A stretch of 63,816 bases of DNA, counting the filler, from Rozella allomycis CSF55 (lineage: Eukaryota): the NCBI GenBank assembly GCA_000442015.1. It is 6 parts of 6 records of this genome, joined end to end, with 100 filler letters (N's around TTAATTAATTAA, not from the genome) between each part and the next. Parts side by side here need not be neighbours in the genome. Positions count along the whole stretch, not along the records: positions 47,084 to 56,081 come from KE561094.1; positions 56,182 to 62,470 come from KE561099.1; positions 62,571 to 63,816 come from KE561103.1; 3 more parts are not named here. One strand, written 5' to 3'. Positions 52,727 to 63,816 of the stretch are shown in pieces; position 1 is the first letter of the stretch, and the number at the start of each line of letters is the position of its first letter. Both the position numbers and the translations under genes were made by a program. The notes under the pieces were generated by a model, which saw only the letters and a list, made by a program, of their open reading frames with translations, did no database searches and was not told the origin of the DNA.

Positions 52727-53309
52727 TTATTGGTTTTCAACTTTCATTGCGGTGGGCAATCTGCCAGGATTAGGGGCCTCACCTGAACAACATAAATAGC
52801 ATTCCCCATCTTGGAATTCATCAATTGATCTTATTCTAGTTTTCAGATCGGATTTGTAAATCTTTTTGACCGGGCCGGTTATAAGCTTCACATTTTCCGT
52901 CGCACATCTCAAAACCTATTCAGTTTATAAGGTATCGTTACTTGATCAAATGTTCTAAAATTCTTAACCATCAGTTTGTATCCTTGATCATTTTTGTCGC
53001 CATTCCTAAAAAGAATGATTGATATGGGCTTTTCAGCCTATAATTCGAATCTTTGAATTTTACTTGGACTCCAAATTTCTGAATTGTTTTTGTGTTCAAA
53101 CTAGCTTTGCTAACATCTGAAATCTGTGAGATTTCCACATTGGGGCCAATTTCATCTAATTGTATTGTAATCAAGAGGGGTACCATGACTGTTAACTTTT
53201 TTAAGGGCATTGAGTTTTTCCTTGTGAGTACCCTTTATTTTCGATACAATTAAATTACAGTGTAGTTTGAAGTATTTGTTAAGCGAGAGAAAACGTCAGA
53301 GGGGGACAT
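52727..53309 (-). CDS. Apicortin (partial p25alpha + doublecortin domain), 4 introns
   Basis: MSPSDVFSRLTNTSNYTGTHKEK (partial p25alpha); QKFGVQAEKPISIILFRNGDKNDQG...VKLITGPVKKIY...IDEFQDGECYLCCSGE (DCX). Confidence 0.85.
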
Positions 53310-53377
53310 TTGAAAGAAATAATCCGATTGGATTGAATTATGAAAATCGTTTATTATAATGTAGAGAATCTTGCAGT

Positions 53378-55335
53378 TCATTTATTTTTGATTCATACTT
53401 TGTTTTCATCTGAAGCAATCTTTGTTTAAATAAGTAGAGAAATTTACTTTAATTCAAAATCGGCATTTAGTTGTTGCATTAATTGATCCTGACGTCGTTT
53501 CCATTCAAATTCATTTGATTCTTGAGTTCTTATTTTACTTTGCGCGACTTCTTCTCTTATTTTCTTCAACGTTTCGACGTATTGGATTTTCACCTTCTCG
53601 AGGCACAGTCGCTTATCTTTTTCCAAAGCTTCTTTAGTTTCTTCCAGAAGCGACTGATATCGTTGTTTTTCTTTATCCCAATTTGATTGAAGTAACGTAA
53701 TGCGATTTTTGAGTGATTCGATTTGTTTCTCTAAAAGGTCTGAATTGGCGCCACTTTGATTCCTTTGTTTTAACTTTTCTATAGTTGTGGAGTATAGCTT
53801 TGAGAATTCTTCTTTGAGCCTTTGAGCTACGAGTTGAACTTGTTGATCGAATTTCCTCTGGAAAGTTTCTGCTTCTTTCTTGTGCTTAGCATTCAATCTT
53901 TCTATTTCTGCAATGTGAGAATCTTTCAAATCCGAAATTTCTTTATCGTTTTCCCGCCTAATTTTCTTTACCAATTCTGCGACGTTTTCATCGTTCTCCT
54001 TTACAATATGCTTTATTTCATTTTCAAATTTTAATTTCTGGTTATTTAAAGAGGATTTTAAGCTTTCAATTTCATCTCTTAATTGATCCTCCAATTCAGA
54101 ATCATGTGTGGTTGACGCTTCTTCTAACTCAACTTTGAGTTGTTTTATTGTTTTATTTAAATTAGTAATCCTGTCATCTTTTAATTCTATTTCTTTTGTT
54201 AATTTGTCTATTGAATTTGAGATAGTATCAACATAGCAAGTGGCCTCTGTTGTTTCCACAGTGGGGGTTTGGCTAAAGGTATTAATCCCTGTGCTTTTCT
54301 GTTTAAGTAAATTTATTTGAGAATCTTTTTCTTTTATTTTTAAAGCAAGTTCTTTGTTTTCTTTCAAGTATTTTGCCTCTAATGCCTCAATTTCAACTTT
54401 GTAGTTCTCTTTGATTTCCGAAAATTCCTTTTCTTTCTTTTCAAGCAATTCTTTCTTGATGGTTAAAATTTCAATCTCTTTTGTTTCATCCATACTTGAT
54501 TTTAATGAATGCAATCTATTATGTATTTCTTGTGATTGCATTAGATCATTTTGCAACTGCTTGACTTGGTCTTGATAAAGAGATTCCATCTTTTCATATC
54601 TTTGCTGTTCTTGCTGCTGAATCCTTTTTATTGCTAAATCTTGTTCTTGATTTATGGAAATTATCTCCCTTCGATGTTCAGATTTTAATTTTTCTAGATT
54701 TAAGAGGAATATTTATTCATACCGATAGTTTCATTCATTTCATGTATTTTCTCAATCAATTCAGAGTTTTTGTTCTTTAATTGATCACATTCCTTTTTAC
54801 AATCAGCCAAAAGATCGGGAGATAAAATAATCTGATTAATGTTGCTTTCCAAGGGCGATTGTAAATTATGTCTATGTACTGTTGGGGTTATGAATTTATC
54901 ATCATCAACTGGCAACACTTTGGAGGGCTTTGGGGTCTCCGTTAAAACCCCGTCAAGAAAATTATGCTCATCTCGCTCCAACAATTTCTTTGAATCAAAA
55001 TTATTATTATCCTCTTGTGTTTCTGGTGGCAAAATAACTACTTCTTCTGCCAAACGAACGTCTTCCAAATTTGACTGGGCTTCTTTTAAATATCTTTCAT
55101 CAACCATTGGTTCGTTAACATCTTCTTCATAAAAGTGATCCAATTCTGATAATTCATGGTCTTCTATAACCACCCCTTCGCCGTTAGAAAATGAATCGTT
55201 ATTAAATGACGCGTTTAGTTGAAATGACGAAAAATCATCAACAAATGTGTTTATCAGATCGTTTCCATTCCTTTGCGGGTATCTGATATCATCTTGCTCC
55301 ATGGGATTCTTCAGTAAAAACTCTTCAGTAACCAT
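53378..55335 (-). CDS. Long coiled-coil protein, possibly CEP152/Asterless-like, 2 introns
   Basis: Acidic N-terminus, extended coiled coil, C-terminal LEKVKIQYVETLKKIREEV reminiscent of CEP152. Confidence 0.5.
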
Positions 55336-55354
55336 GAATTTTCAGATTATCAAT

Positions 55355-55366
55355 TTTGGCGCCAAA
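55355..55366. promoter_or_regulatory. Palindromic E2F-type site TTTGGCGCCAAA
   Basis: About 20 bp upstream of the ATG at 55335 (-). Confidence 0.5.
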
Positions 55367-55466
55367 CTGAGAATTTCAGTTCACATTCGAATGATATTAT
55401 GTTGCTTTATAATTAAGCACGTATATTTCCAACGTTAAGTAGCAGAGACTCGTCAAGTGGCGAAGC

Positions 55467-56081
55467 ATGGGAAAAAATCGCAAGCTGAAAAACGCGCTAC
55501 AAAGATTTCAAATACAGCAAAGTATTATAAAAAGTGTACAGAAACCGGAAACAAATTCATTTAAAAGCAAAAAGGAACTGAAGAAATTGAAGATTAATAA
55601 TCCGGACTACGAGAGAATTCCTATACATATTCATAGCCATACTTCTCAAAGATCATTCATACCTTTTACAAAGAATAGCAAAATATTGCTTGTTGGAGAA
55701 GGGAATTTTAGTTTTGCTGCTTCATTGGCGTCGCTTTTGGAAGATGCCTCATGCATAATAGCTACTTGCTACGATGAAGAGCCTGTTCTACAAGAAAAAT
55801 ATAAAGACGCTGCAGACCACATCGAGAAATTTAAATCATTGGGCGGAACAGTTTTGTTCAACATTGATGCAACCAACCTGCATTCCAATCCTATCTTGAA
55901 AGATACACGATTTCAGAAAATCGTTTTCAACTTTCCTCACGTTGGTCTTGGCANAATCATTGGGCGGAACAGTTTTGTTCAACATTGATGCAACCAACCT
56001 GCATTCCAATCCTATCTTGAAAGATACACGATTTCAGAAAATCGTTTTCAACTTTCCTCACGTTGGTCTTGGCATTAAAAA
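55467..56081 (+). CDS. BMT5: 25S rRNA uridine-N3-methyltransferase Bmt5-like (DUF2431), 5' part
   Basis: ILLVGEGNFSFA, ATCYD, IDAT, IVFNFPHVG; N-joined duplicate at 55954 and truncated at linker. Confidence 0.85.
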
Positions 56082-56181
56082 NNNNNNNNNNNNNNNNNNN
56101 NNNNNNNNNNNNNNNNNNNNNNNNNTTAATTAATTAANNNNNNNNNNNNNNNNNNNNNNNNNNNNNNNNNNNNNNNNNNNN

Positions 56182-56852
56182 TTTTTTGGTAGGCACTTAA
56201 AGAATGGATTCATTTACTAATTGAGTCCAAAAACATCCCTGAGCCATATAGATTACAGAATTTTGTGAATGATATAAGGGAATCGAAGGATACATTAGGA
56301 ATTCTACAGCAAACATTCGAAACACCATTAATCATAAAGTAAAGACTAATGTGGGTCTAAAGTTAGTGGTGTCCATTATAGGCTAATACCACAAATGAAT
56401 CTGGAATCAGATGGTTTCGCTAGAAGAAATCATCAAAGAAATCCAAGAGTGACGACTGTTCGCATAAATTTGCAGCCACTTCTTAATGAATTGGTAGAGT
56501 CCATGCCAGTGATATTTGAAATGATACTACTTTATATTTTTCTTGTTGGCGAGGAAAGCTCCTTTCTTGCAAACTTGTTTATAATATCCATTTTGACATT
56601 CTACTTTCTGTAACATATGTTTTAATTTGAAATTGTAGAATTCGAAGGGGTCATATTCGTCGCATGACTTTACCCAGACTTCCTGCTAATGTGATAAATT
56701 TAAACAGATTTGAAGAAAATCCTGACCATCATCCTTTACAAAATACTATTTCGCACGGATTTGTGTGTGTGGTTAATTTCTTTAAATCTTTTATTCCAAC
56801 AGTTGATCCCAGGAATTTAGATGGACCTGACGAAGCAGCACCTGAGCGCTAA
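56182..56852 (+). CDS. Membrane protein, 3' part, possibly HERP/Usa1-like
   Basis: Hydrophobic hairpin (VIFEMILLYIFL...LFIISILTFYFL) and terminal FFKSFIP motif. Confidence 0.4.
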
Positions 56853-56924
56853 AAAACGTTAATGGCAATAAAATTGTTTGTAAATACACTAAATATTACA
56901 TGGAATACAATAATGTTTATTTAT

Positions 56925-58580
56925 TTAAAAGTTTTCCTTATGAAAACACAGCTTGAAAGTTTCGTCTGATACTTCTTTGCATGCCATCTTTATGTGATGA
57001 GCCAAAGGTTTGGGCCCGCAAAGAAAGACTCCAGCTTTCTTCTGCCCGTCATTTATTAAATAATTTTGTTTGAGTTGATTAAATATTGCAACAAAGTTTG
57101 GCCTTCCAAAGTGCGTTCCACTTGAGAGCTTTGTAATTGGATCTTGTTGATTATCTATTGAAACATGCATGCAATGTTGTTCTTCTTTAGATAACTTTCC
57201 AGTCAAGTAAATGTTTATTCTTAAATGATGCTGTTCTGGATCTTGCTCTTCCATTGACTGTAATAGGTCCTGAAACCATTCAAAGGCCTCTTTGATGATG
57301 TATTAAATTGTTACCTGAATATCTCTACAAACCCAGTAAAAATAAATATATTGAAGTTTCAAATTAGAGTCCCTTTTCTGCACTAAATGATACCACATGC
57401 CTAACACTGACAACAATCTGTTTTACTCTTAAGAATAGATGCAAATGGTGTGGCTCCTATGCCTCCGCCAACTAAAATCGCAATTTCGTAACTAAAAACA
57501 TCTCCTGAACAAGTCCCGTAAGGTCCATCCATCTTTAAGGAAGGTAAATCCCTTAAATCAAGTTTGGGGTGATCCCCGCCCATGGTTTCTAATTCTATTT
57601 GGGCCAAACGACCCTTTCCCTTTGTTGCCTTTTTAGCAAAAGACATTCCAAACTTTCCCGCTAGCTCAGACGTCCAATCGCCTGAAGCTCTAATGTGAAC
57701 ACTAATGAAATCTTCTTCAGGAGCGGATGTTAACGTGAAAGGGTGCCACTGTAATCTAGAAATTGAATCACAACAAAGAAACACGTATTGTCCTGCACAC
57801 ATAGAGAAGCCTTTCTTATTGAATTGTAGTTCAATCACATTGCTTGGATGTTCAATTACCTTTACCATCTGAACTGGTTCCCATGCTCGGTAAAATCGCA
57901 ACAAGCGTTCTAATATGTACATCCCGAGACCAGCACTAACATATTTGTATGAAGTTGGATTCAGACATTTTCCTGCATCTGTCTTAAGAAAACACCCCAA
58001 GCCATGCAAGATTAACAAGATGTAATATAGAATCCCTAAATGATGAGAATACCAAAAGATTTCAAATTTTAATCTTCTTATTTTAACTAATGCGGAAGTA
58101 AATAACAAGAATAAACACAAATTCATTAGATGGCCAGTAGATCCAGCCTAGTTGAAATATGGATTATATTTTTACAAAAGTTGTCCATGAAGCAGCATGT
58201 TGCATCAATTCATTTTTTGTTTCATACACAAGAATTAAAAAATTAAAATAATGTGCCATTGAGTGTACTACCGCAAAAAATGCCACCGAACCGCCAATTA
58301 ACTTGTGAAATAGAAGATGATCGTCAAATGGCACGATGTGATTAATAGGCGTTGATCTAAGAAATGTAATTAGATTTCTGCAGATCGGAAACAATACCAA
58401 TGCGGAATCTACATTTAAGACTACGGCAGCTGATCTCGCGGTATGCAATGAATGGCTAAAGGTTTCCCTAATTTGTGACACATTGGGAGAATAAAGTGTA
58501 AATAAATACGCGTCTGTGAATAAATAAACTTGTAAACCAATCCAAAGTGTCAAGAATACCAATGTCCTTTTTTCCGCCAT
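56925..58580 (-). CDS. NADPH oxidase (NoxA/gp91phox-type), 3 introns
   Basis: FHKLIG...HSMAHYFN, FWYSHH...HG, QWHPFTLTSAP, DGPYG, GGGIGATPFASILK, HFGRP, GVFLCGP, FHKENF. Confidence 0.93.
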
Positions 58581-58981
58581 TTTGGTTTGTTGTGATCCTA
58601 CTTTGCAAATTTCAGGAATGAAAAAACATTTATGTGCCTCAAGAAGAATTATAATTGCGAATAGATAAGTGAGTTAAATGCAATCGGAGGCCTCCCGTTT
58701 CAATACTTGTTTTATATGTCGAGCTTCATCCTATATTGTAGACTTGAGTCAAGGCAATTTTAAAAGAGAAACATGAATAATGAATTGATATCTATTTTCG
58801 GCTCCTCTTGTTATTTAACGTATTGATAATGCATGGGTTTCATTAATTCATTAAATTCTTTTCATTTTTTCGGTCCTTCTTTAGTTCTTTTTTAAAAATT
58901 CTAAAACAAACCTTAAGGCGCGAATCTAGTGAATAGGTTAATTAATTCATTCTTATTTCATGATTTGTTTACATTTTGCGA

Positions 58982-61112
58982 ATGGATCGATTTAAAGAGA
59001 TTTATGTTGATAAGTGCAGGGAGCTTAGAATAGAACCTCTCAATGGTATCATTTCTTGTTTAAATCCAAATTCAAGCGAGAAACATCCTGAAAAACTTGA
59101 CCTTTCAGGCCAAAATCTTTCTATTAAAGTAAAATTCCATTAATACATTTTTAAAAAGAATGTGATACCAATAGCTGAAGCTTTTAGGCAGGATATACTA
59201 TTTACAGAATTGGACTTGTCAGATTCATTTCTTGGCGACGACGGTATATATAAAACACATTTGATATAGGATGTGTATTAGTTTGCAACTCGTTAAAGTC
59301 TAACTCTACACTAAAAATCCTGAACTTGAGAGGAAACAACATACGAACGGATGGCGGGAATTCAATAGCCTCGTTGTTGAAAGTTAATAAGACAATACAA
59401 AAGTATTTACAGAATATGATAAAAATAGGCTTACCCTAGAATGGAATTGCTTAGGGGTATGGGAGACTGCTTTAGAGGCTATTTCAGATGCTCTAACATT
59501 GAACAATACTCTTGAAGACTTAGATTTGCGAAACAATCGAATATCACCTCAAGGGATGGCGTTATTAGCTAGAGGAATGAAGAATAACTCTAGCTTACAG
59601 AACATTGATCTAAGATGGAATAATGCTGGATTGATTGGTGGACGTGCCCTTTTGGACGCAGTTGAACTTAATAGAAATATTCGCTCTGTAGATCTTTCCG
59701 GAAACGATGTTCCTGAAGACATTATGAAAGCCATAAGTACGCAACATGTATATCAGACCTAGGTATCGCTTGTGAAAGACATCAAGATGCATTTTTGAAC
59801 AGAGCAAAGGAGAAACAAAGAGTCTTGTTTTTGGATCAGGAATTTCAGCAGCTAGCTATGACTCATCGGCAACATATCGAAAAATTGGCGGGAGAGCTTG
59901 ACGAGAAAACCAAATATTATGAAAACACTAGACGGACTTTGCAACAACAAATAGAACAAGCTAGTTCTGAAATTGAAAAATCTCATAACAGTTACAGATC
60001 TCTTGAAATGAAAATGAATGCAGTATTGATTGAGAGAGATAAAATGGAAGAAAAATTAAGGACAGCAGAAGAGAGTTTGTTGGTGGAAAGGTCAGAACAT
60101 TTGAAACTTGTCAAATCAATTCAAATGGATTTAGAAAAGGAAAGAAATGTAAAATTAGCTTGTTACCAACAAAGGCAAAAGAAGTTTGGGAGAAAAATCA
60201 AGCTAAACAGTTGGCAGAGGCAGCCGGTCGTGTTTTACATTTGGAAGCATGCTTAAACGATATTGAGTTACGTGAAAGTGAACTTTCGAAAGAAAATTCT
60301 AGATTAATTATGCAATTGGAGGAGTATAGACGGAAAGCAGAAGAAGCAGATTCCTATATTTCTGGTATTCTAAATAGAAGGACATTTGACTTAGAACGCC
60401 TCAAAGAGAAAGAAGAAGCTTTTAGAATTCGTCAGAGAGATTGGGAAAGAATGAAAGAGGATGCATTAAAGACAGAAACAAGAGAATTAAGAGACAAAAT
60501 AAATCATCTTGAAGATCGACTAAGACAGAGCGAATCATTTGCAAAGTCAACCGAATCAGTAAATTATTCATAATTATTTGAAAGGAACTTGATCAATTTA
60601 AAACTAAATATATGACACAAAAGCTTAGCATTGAACAGAAGATAAGCGAAGCCGAAAAACGAGTTCGAGAAGAAGAGGTAGACAAAAGAAGAGATACTGA
60701 AAATCAATATCAGTCACTTAAGCGGCAACGAGATTCTCTTCAACAAGAATTTGAAAATCTTCATTCCAGATATTTGAAAGAAATCTCAGAATTGGAATCC
60801 AAGCTTTCCTTTGAAAGAAAGAATCGACAAAAAGCCGAAGAAGAATACCATCTTTATAAAAATGAACACATCTCAAATGAAAAACAGTTAATTCATTTAC
60901 AAAGCATCAATCAAGAAATGCAGCGCGAGTTGATTAATTACAAAGCCACGGTGCCTCGGCTACAGGAACAATTAAGTCAGAAAGAACAGCAATGCAATGT
61001 TTATAAAAATGAACTTGAAGCTTATAAAGAGGAGGAAATTCAACGAATGAAAGATTTGGAGTCGGCGATATCTGGATACATTAAAGGAGTTTCCGGAAAA
61101 CAAAGAATATGA
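58982..61112 (+). CDS. LRRC45: LRR + coiled-coil centrosomal protein (LRRC45-like)
   Basis: LNLRGNNI, LTLEWNCLGVWE, LDLRNNRISPQG, IDLRWNNAGLIGGRALL, then a long coiled coil. Confidence 0.8.
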
Positions 61113-61211
61113 TTAATACAAAATTAATAAAGTTTTGCTTGATATGTAAATAAGATTTTAGATGATTGGCGTTAATTCACTTTTTTCAATTGCGTTGTCA
61201 TCACAACGGGC

Positions 61212-62470
61212 ATGTTTTCTGGTATTTCAGTAAACGATGATCCTTCAACAACATTTACATTGCTAGAAAAAGTAGGGGAAGGGTAATTGAGTAGTGCCGT
61301 ATATTTTTCTAGATCATATGGAGTAGTCTACAAAGCGATACACAAACCCAGTGGAAAGATAGTAGCTGTTAAACTAATAACAATTGAAAATGACTTGGAA
61401 GATTTACTAAAGGAAATTGATGTCGTCAAAAATTGCGACTCTCCTTGTATAGTGAAGTACTTTGACAGTATCCTCGTAAAGGATGTTCTATGGGTAATAA
61501 TTGAATTAATGATGTCCTTAAAAGATTATTTTAGAGTATTGTGGATCTGGGTCTCTATCGGACATTATGAAGCTGTGCAAAACCACTATAAATGAAAATC
61601 AAATCTGTCTCATAATGGATAGAGTTTTGGAAGGTTTAGAATATCTCCATAATAAAGGAATGATTCACAGAGATATTAAAGCTGCAAATATATTGTTGAA
61701 TACTAGTGGTGAAGCTAAATTAGCAGACTTTGGTGTAGTCGGGCAACTAAGTGAAGCAACAATAAAGCGAAGCACAGTCATTGGTAAAATGCTTCCTTAT
61801 CTTCAATTAAGGAACACCGTTTTGGATGGCCCCTGAAGTAATATAAATGCACACATTTCAAAAGGTTATTCAAGAAGTAGGTTATGATTTTAAAGCAGAC
61901 ATTTGGTCAGTGGGTACATTACCACAATTTAATGTATAGGAATAACATGCATAGAGCTAGCAGAAGGAAAACCTCCTTATCACAATATACATCCAATGAG
62001 AGTAATTTGGTTATATTTTGCTGATTTGGCAATATTTATGATTCCTTCGAAACCATCGCCCACTTTAACTGACGGAACAAAATATTCTGATGAATTTAAA
62101 AGCTTTATTTCATCTTGTCTGACTAAAAATCCTAAAGATAGACCGACAGCAGCTGAATTGAGAAAAGTAAAAGTGGAACGTTGGTATTAATAGCATCCAT
62201 TTTTGCAGAGAGCAGTTTCACGCTCGCATATGATGGAACTTGTAAATGCGTATCTAGAAAGAATCTCAAAAGGCGAGAGACTATTTGACGATGATGATGA
62301 CAATACGAAAACNTCTCAAAAGGCGAGAGACTATTTGACGATGATGATGACAATACGAAAACTTCAGTTATATCTGTAAATTAGAGTGCATTTTTATGTT
62401 AGAAATTAATGTCCAAAGACTCCAGTCACTCGAAAGACAGTGTAAATGATTCTATAAAGGATAAAAGCCT
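61212..62470 (+). CDS. STE20-family kinase (MST1/2, Hippo-like), truncated at linker
   Basis: VGEGSYG, HRDIKAANILLN, LADFGV, TVIGTPFWMAPEVIQEVGY, IELAEGKPPY, HPMR/AIFMIP. Intron 62002-62028 appears to be GT-TG. Confidence 0.9.
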
Positions 62471-62583
62471 NNNNNNNNNNNNNNNNNNNNNNNNNNNNNN
62501 NNNNNNNNNNNNNNTTAATTAATTAANNNNNNNNNNNNNNNNNNNNNNNNNNNNNNNNNNNNNNNNNNNNAAATGCTATCATT

Positions 62584-63267
62584 TTAGTTGGAAGATTTGG
62601 AGCGCTTCTTGATCAAGTATCCAGCAATTCCAACAAGTGCAAGACCTCCTCCAACTGAAGCAGCGATGGCGCCAGTAGACATTCCCTCGCTTTTGGTTTC
62701 AGAGTCTTTTGTCTCATCAGATACTTCAGCAGCTTCTGCATTTTCTTCTTTAGGCTCGGCGACGACGTTTTCAGCTTCGGCTTGTGCTTCCTCTGCAATT
62801 TGTTTTTCAGGTTCCGCTTGAGGTGCTTCAGGTTCTACTGGTGCGTCTTGTTCGGCTACGGGTTTATCACCTGCTACCTCCCCATCGTCTGAAGTCTTGT
62901 CAGTTGGTTGAGCCTTTTCATCTTCTGACTCTTTCTTATTTGCTTCAGACTCTTTCTTATTTGCTACTGACTCTTTCTTATTTGCTTTCTTATTTTCAAC
63001 TGCTGGTTTATCCGTTTGCGGTTCGTCACTAGCGGTACCTGAAACTTCCTTTTTGATTTCCTCAGTTTTAGAACCCATAAAAGGGATGTATGATTTGATT
63101 CTTTCCCATCGCGAGAGATCGTTCCCTTTAACTTCAGGTACAACAGGAGCAACAGATGGAGCAGGTGAAGTAGTGTTAATTTCTGGAGTTGTTTGAGTTT
63201 CAACTGGCATGGCAGATACAGAAACGGCAGTGACTGCGAGTATAGTAAAAACAGTTTTCAAGTTCAT
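62584..63267 (-). CDS. Surface protein: signal peptide, E/K/A/P-rich low-complexity ectodomain, C-terminal TM
   Basis: MNLKTVFTILAVTAVSVSA, ANKKES repeats, GAIAASVGGGLALVGIAGYLI-KKR. Confidence 0.8.
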   Translation of the reverse strand: MNLKTVFTILAVTAVSVSAMPVETQTTPEINTTSPAPSVAPVVPEVKGNDLSRWERIKSYIPFMGSKTEEIKKEVSGTASDEPQTDKPAVENKKANKKESVANKKESEANKKESEDEKAQPTDKTSDDGEVAGDKPVAEQDAPVEPEAPQAEPEKQIAEEAQAEAENVVAEPKEENAEAAEVSDETKDSETKSEGMSTGAIAASVGGGLALVGIAGYLIKKRSKSSN

Positions 63268-63776
63268 TTTGTTATGTGGCTTGTAGTTGTTTACATTTAT
63301 AGATATTAAATTTTCTATTTTCTATTTATAGACCGTCGATGTGCTATTTTTCGACGACTTCTAAATTTACACTGAGCAGGTGAATTTAAGCATGACTATC
63401 TTCTTTTCGTAAAGAATTTGATGTTAATAGAATTACCTCTAAATCTCCCATCGAAAGTATTAAGTATAGCGAAGAGTTAAAAGTATATGCCTAAATGCTA
63501 ATGGTAGCAGAATCAGCGAATCACGCCTAGAACATGTCATTCTTTTAAAAACGTCAAAGTTAAAGTTTGAATAGATTATAAGGCCCGGGGCCCGTGCAGT
63601 AAAATATTTTGTGACTTAAGTTATCGATTTTATTAACACACAGAGGTAACTAGAGACACAATATCTAATTAAAATTACTTTTATGCTCTTCGTTAAAAGA
63701 TTTACCATCGGCGCCAAATAACATCACATAATTACAAATATTTATCAATTGGAATATAAAAACAATTTATTTTAGG

Positions 63777-63816
63777 AAATGCTATCATTTTAGTTGGAAG
63801 ATTTGGAGCGCTTCTT
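63777..63816 (-). repeat. 3' end of a second tandem copy of the 62584-63267 gene
   Basis: 40 nt identical to 62571-62610; period 1206 bp. Confidence 0.8.

Noticed and set aside
55835-56072. Direct duplications around single Ns (also at 3344, 39154, 42567, 44694, 62313)
   Set aside because: Unmerged contig overlaps, not biological repeats.

Overview
AT-rich, very gene-dense eukaryotic DNA from a flagellated early-diverging fungus or relative. Tiny introns, flagellar/centriolar genes, apicortin and a NoxA-type oxidase point to a Rozella-like organism (inference). About 40 protein-coding genes are split by miniature spliceosomal introns (mostly 24-34 nt), so the ORF track shows most of them as fragments. 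The window is several contigs joined by 100-nt N/TTAATTAATTAA linkers. Main observations: (1) four introns of exactly 27 nt with a normal GT donor that restore the reading frame or a conserved motif only if spliced at a TG instead of AG, suggesting length-defined 3' splice-site choice; (2) a complete tRNA-derived SINE with a 14-bp target-site duplication and (TTTCA)n tail, and a separate element with inverted AGCCCA arrays around a tRNA-like core; (3) a secreted protein with a hidden ~150-aa Asp/His/Arg/Gly repeat exon; (4) apicortin; (5) a REM-DEP-RGS-CDC25 RasGEF; (6) E2F-type sites in front of cell-cycle genes; (7) two lineage-specific proteins with possible PD-(D/E)XK folds; (8) LINE RT and LTR integrase remnants. 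Gene models were spliced by eye; no database search was run.
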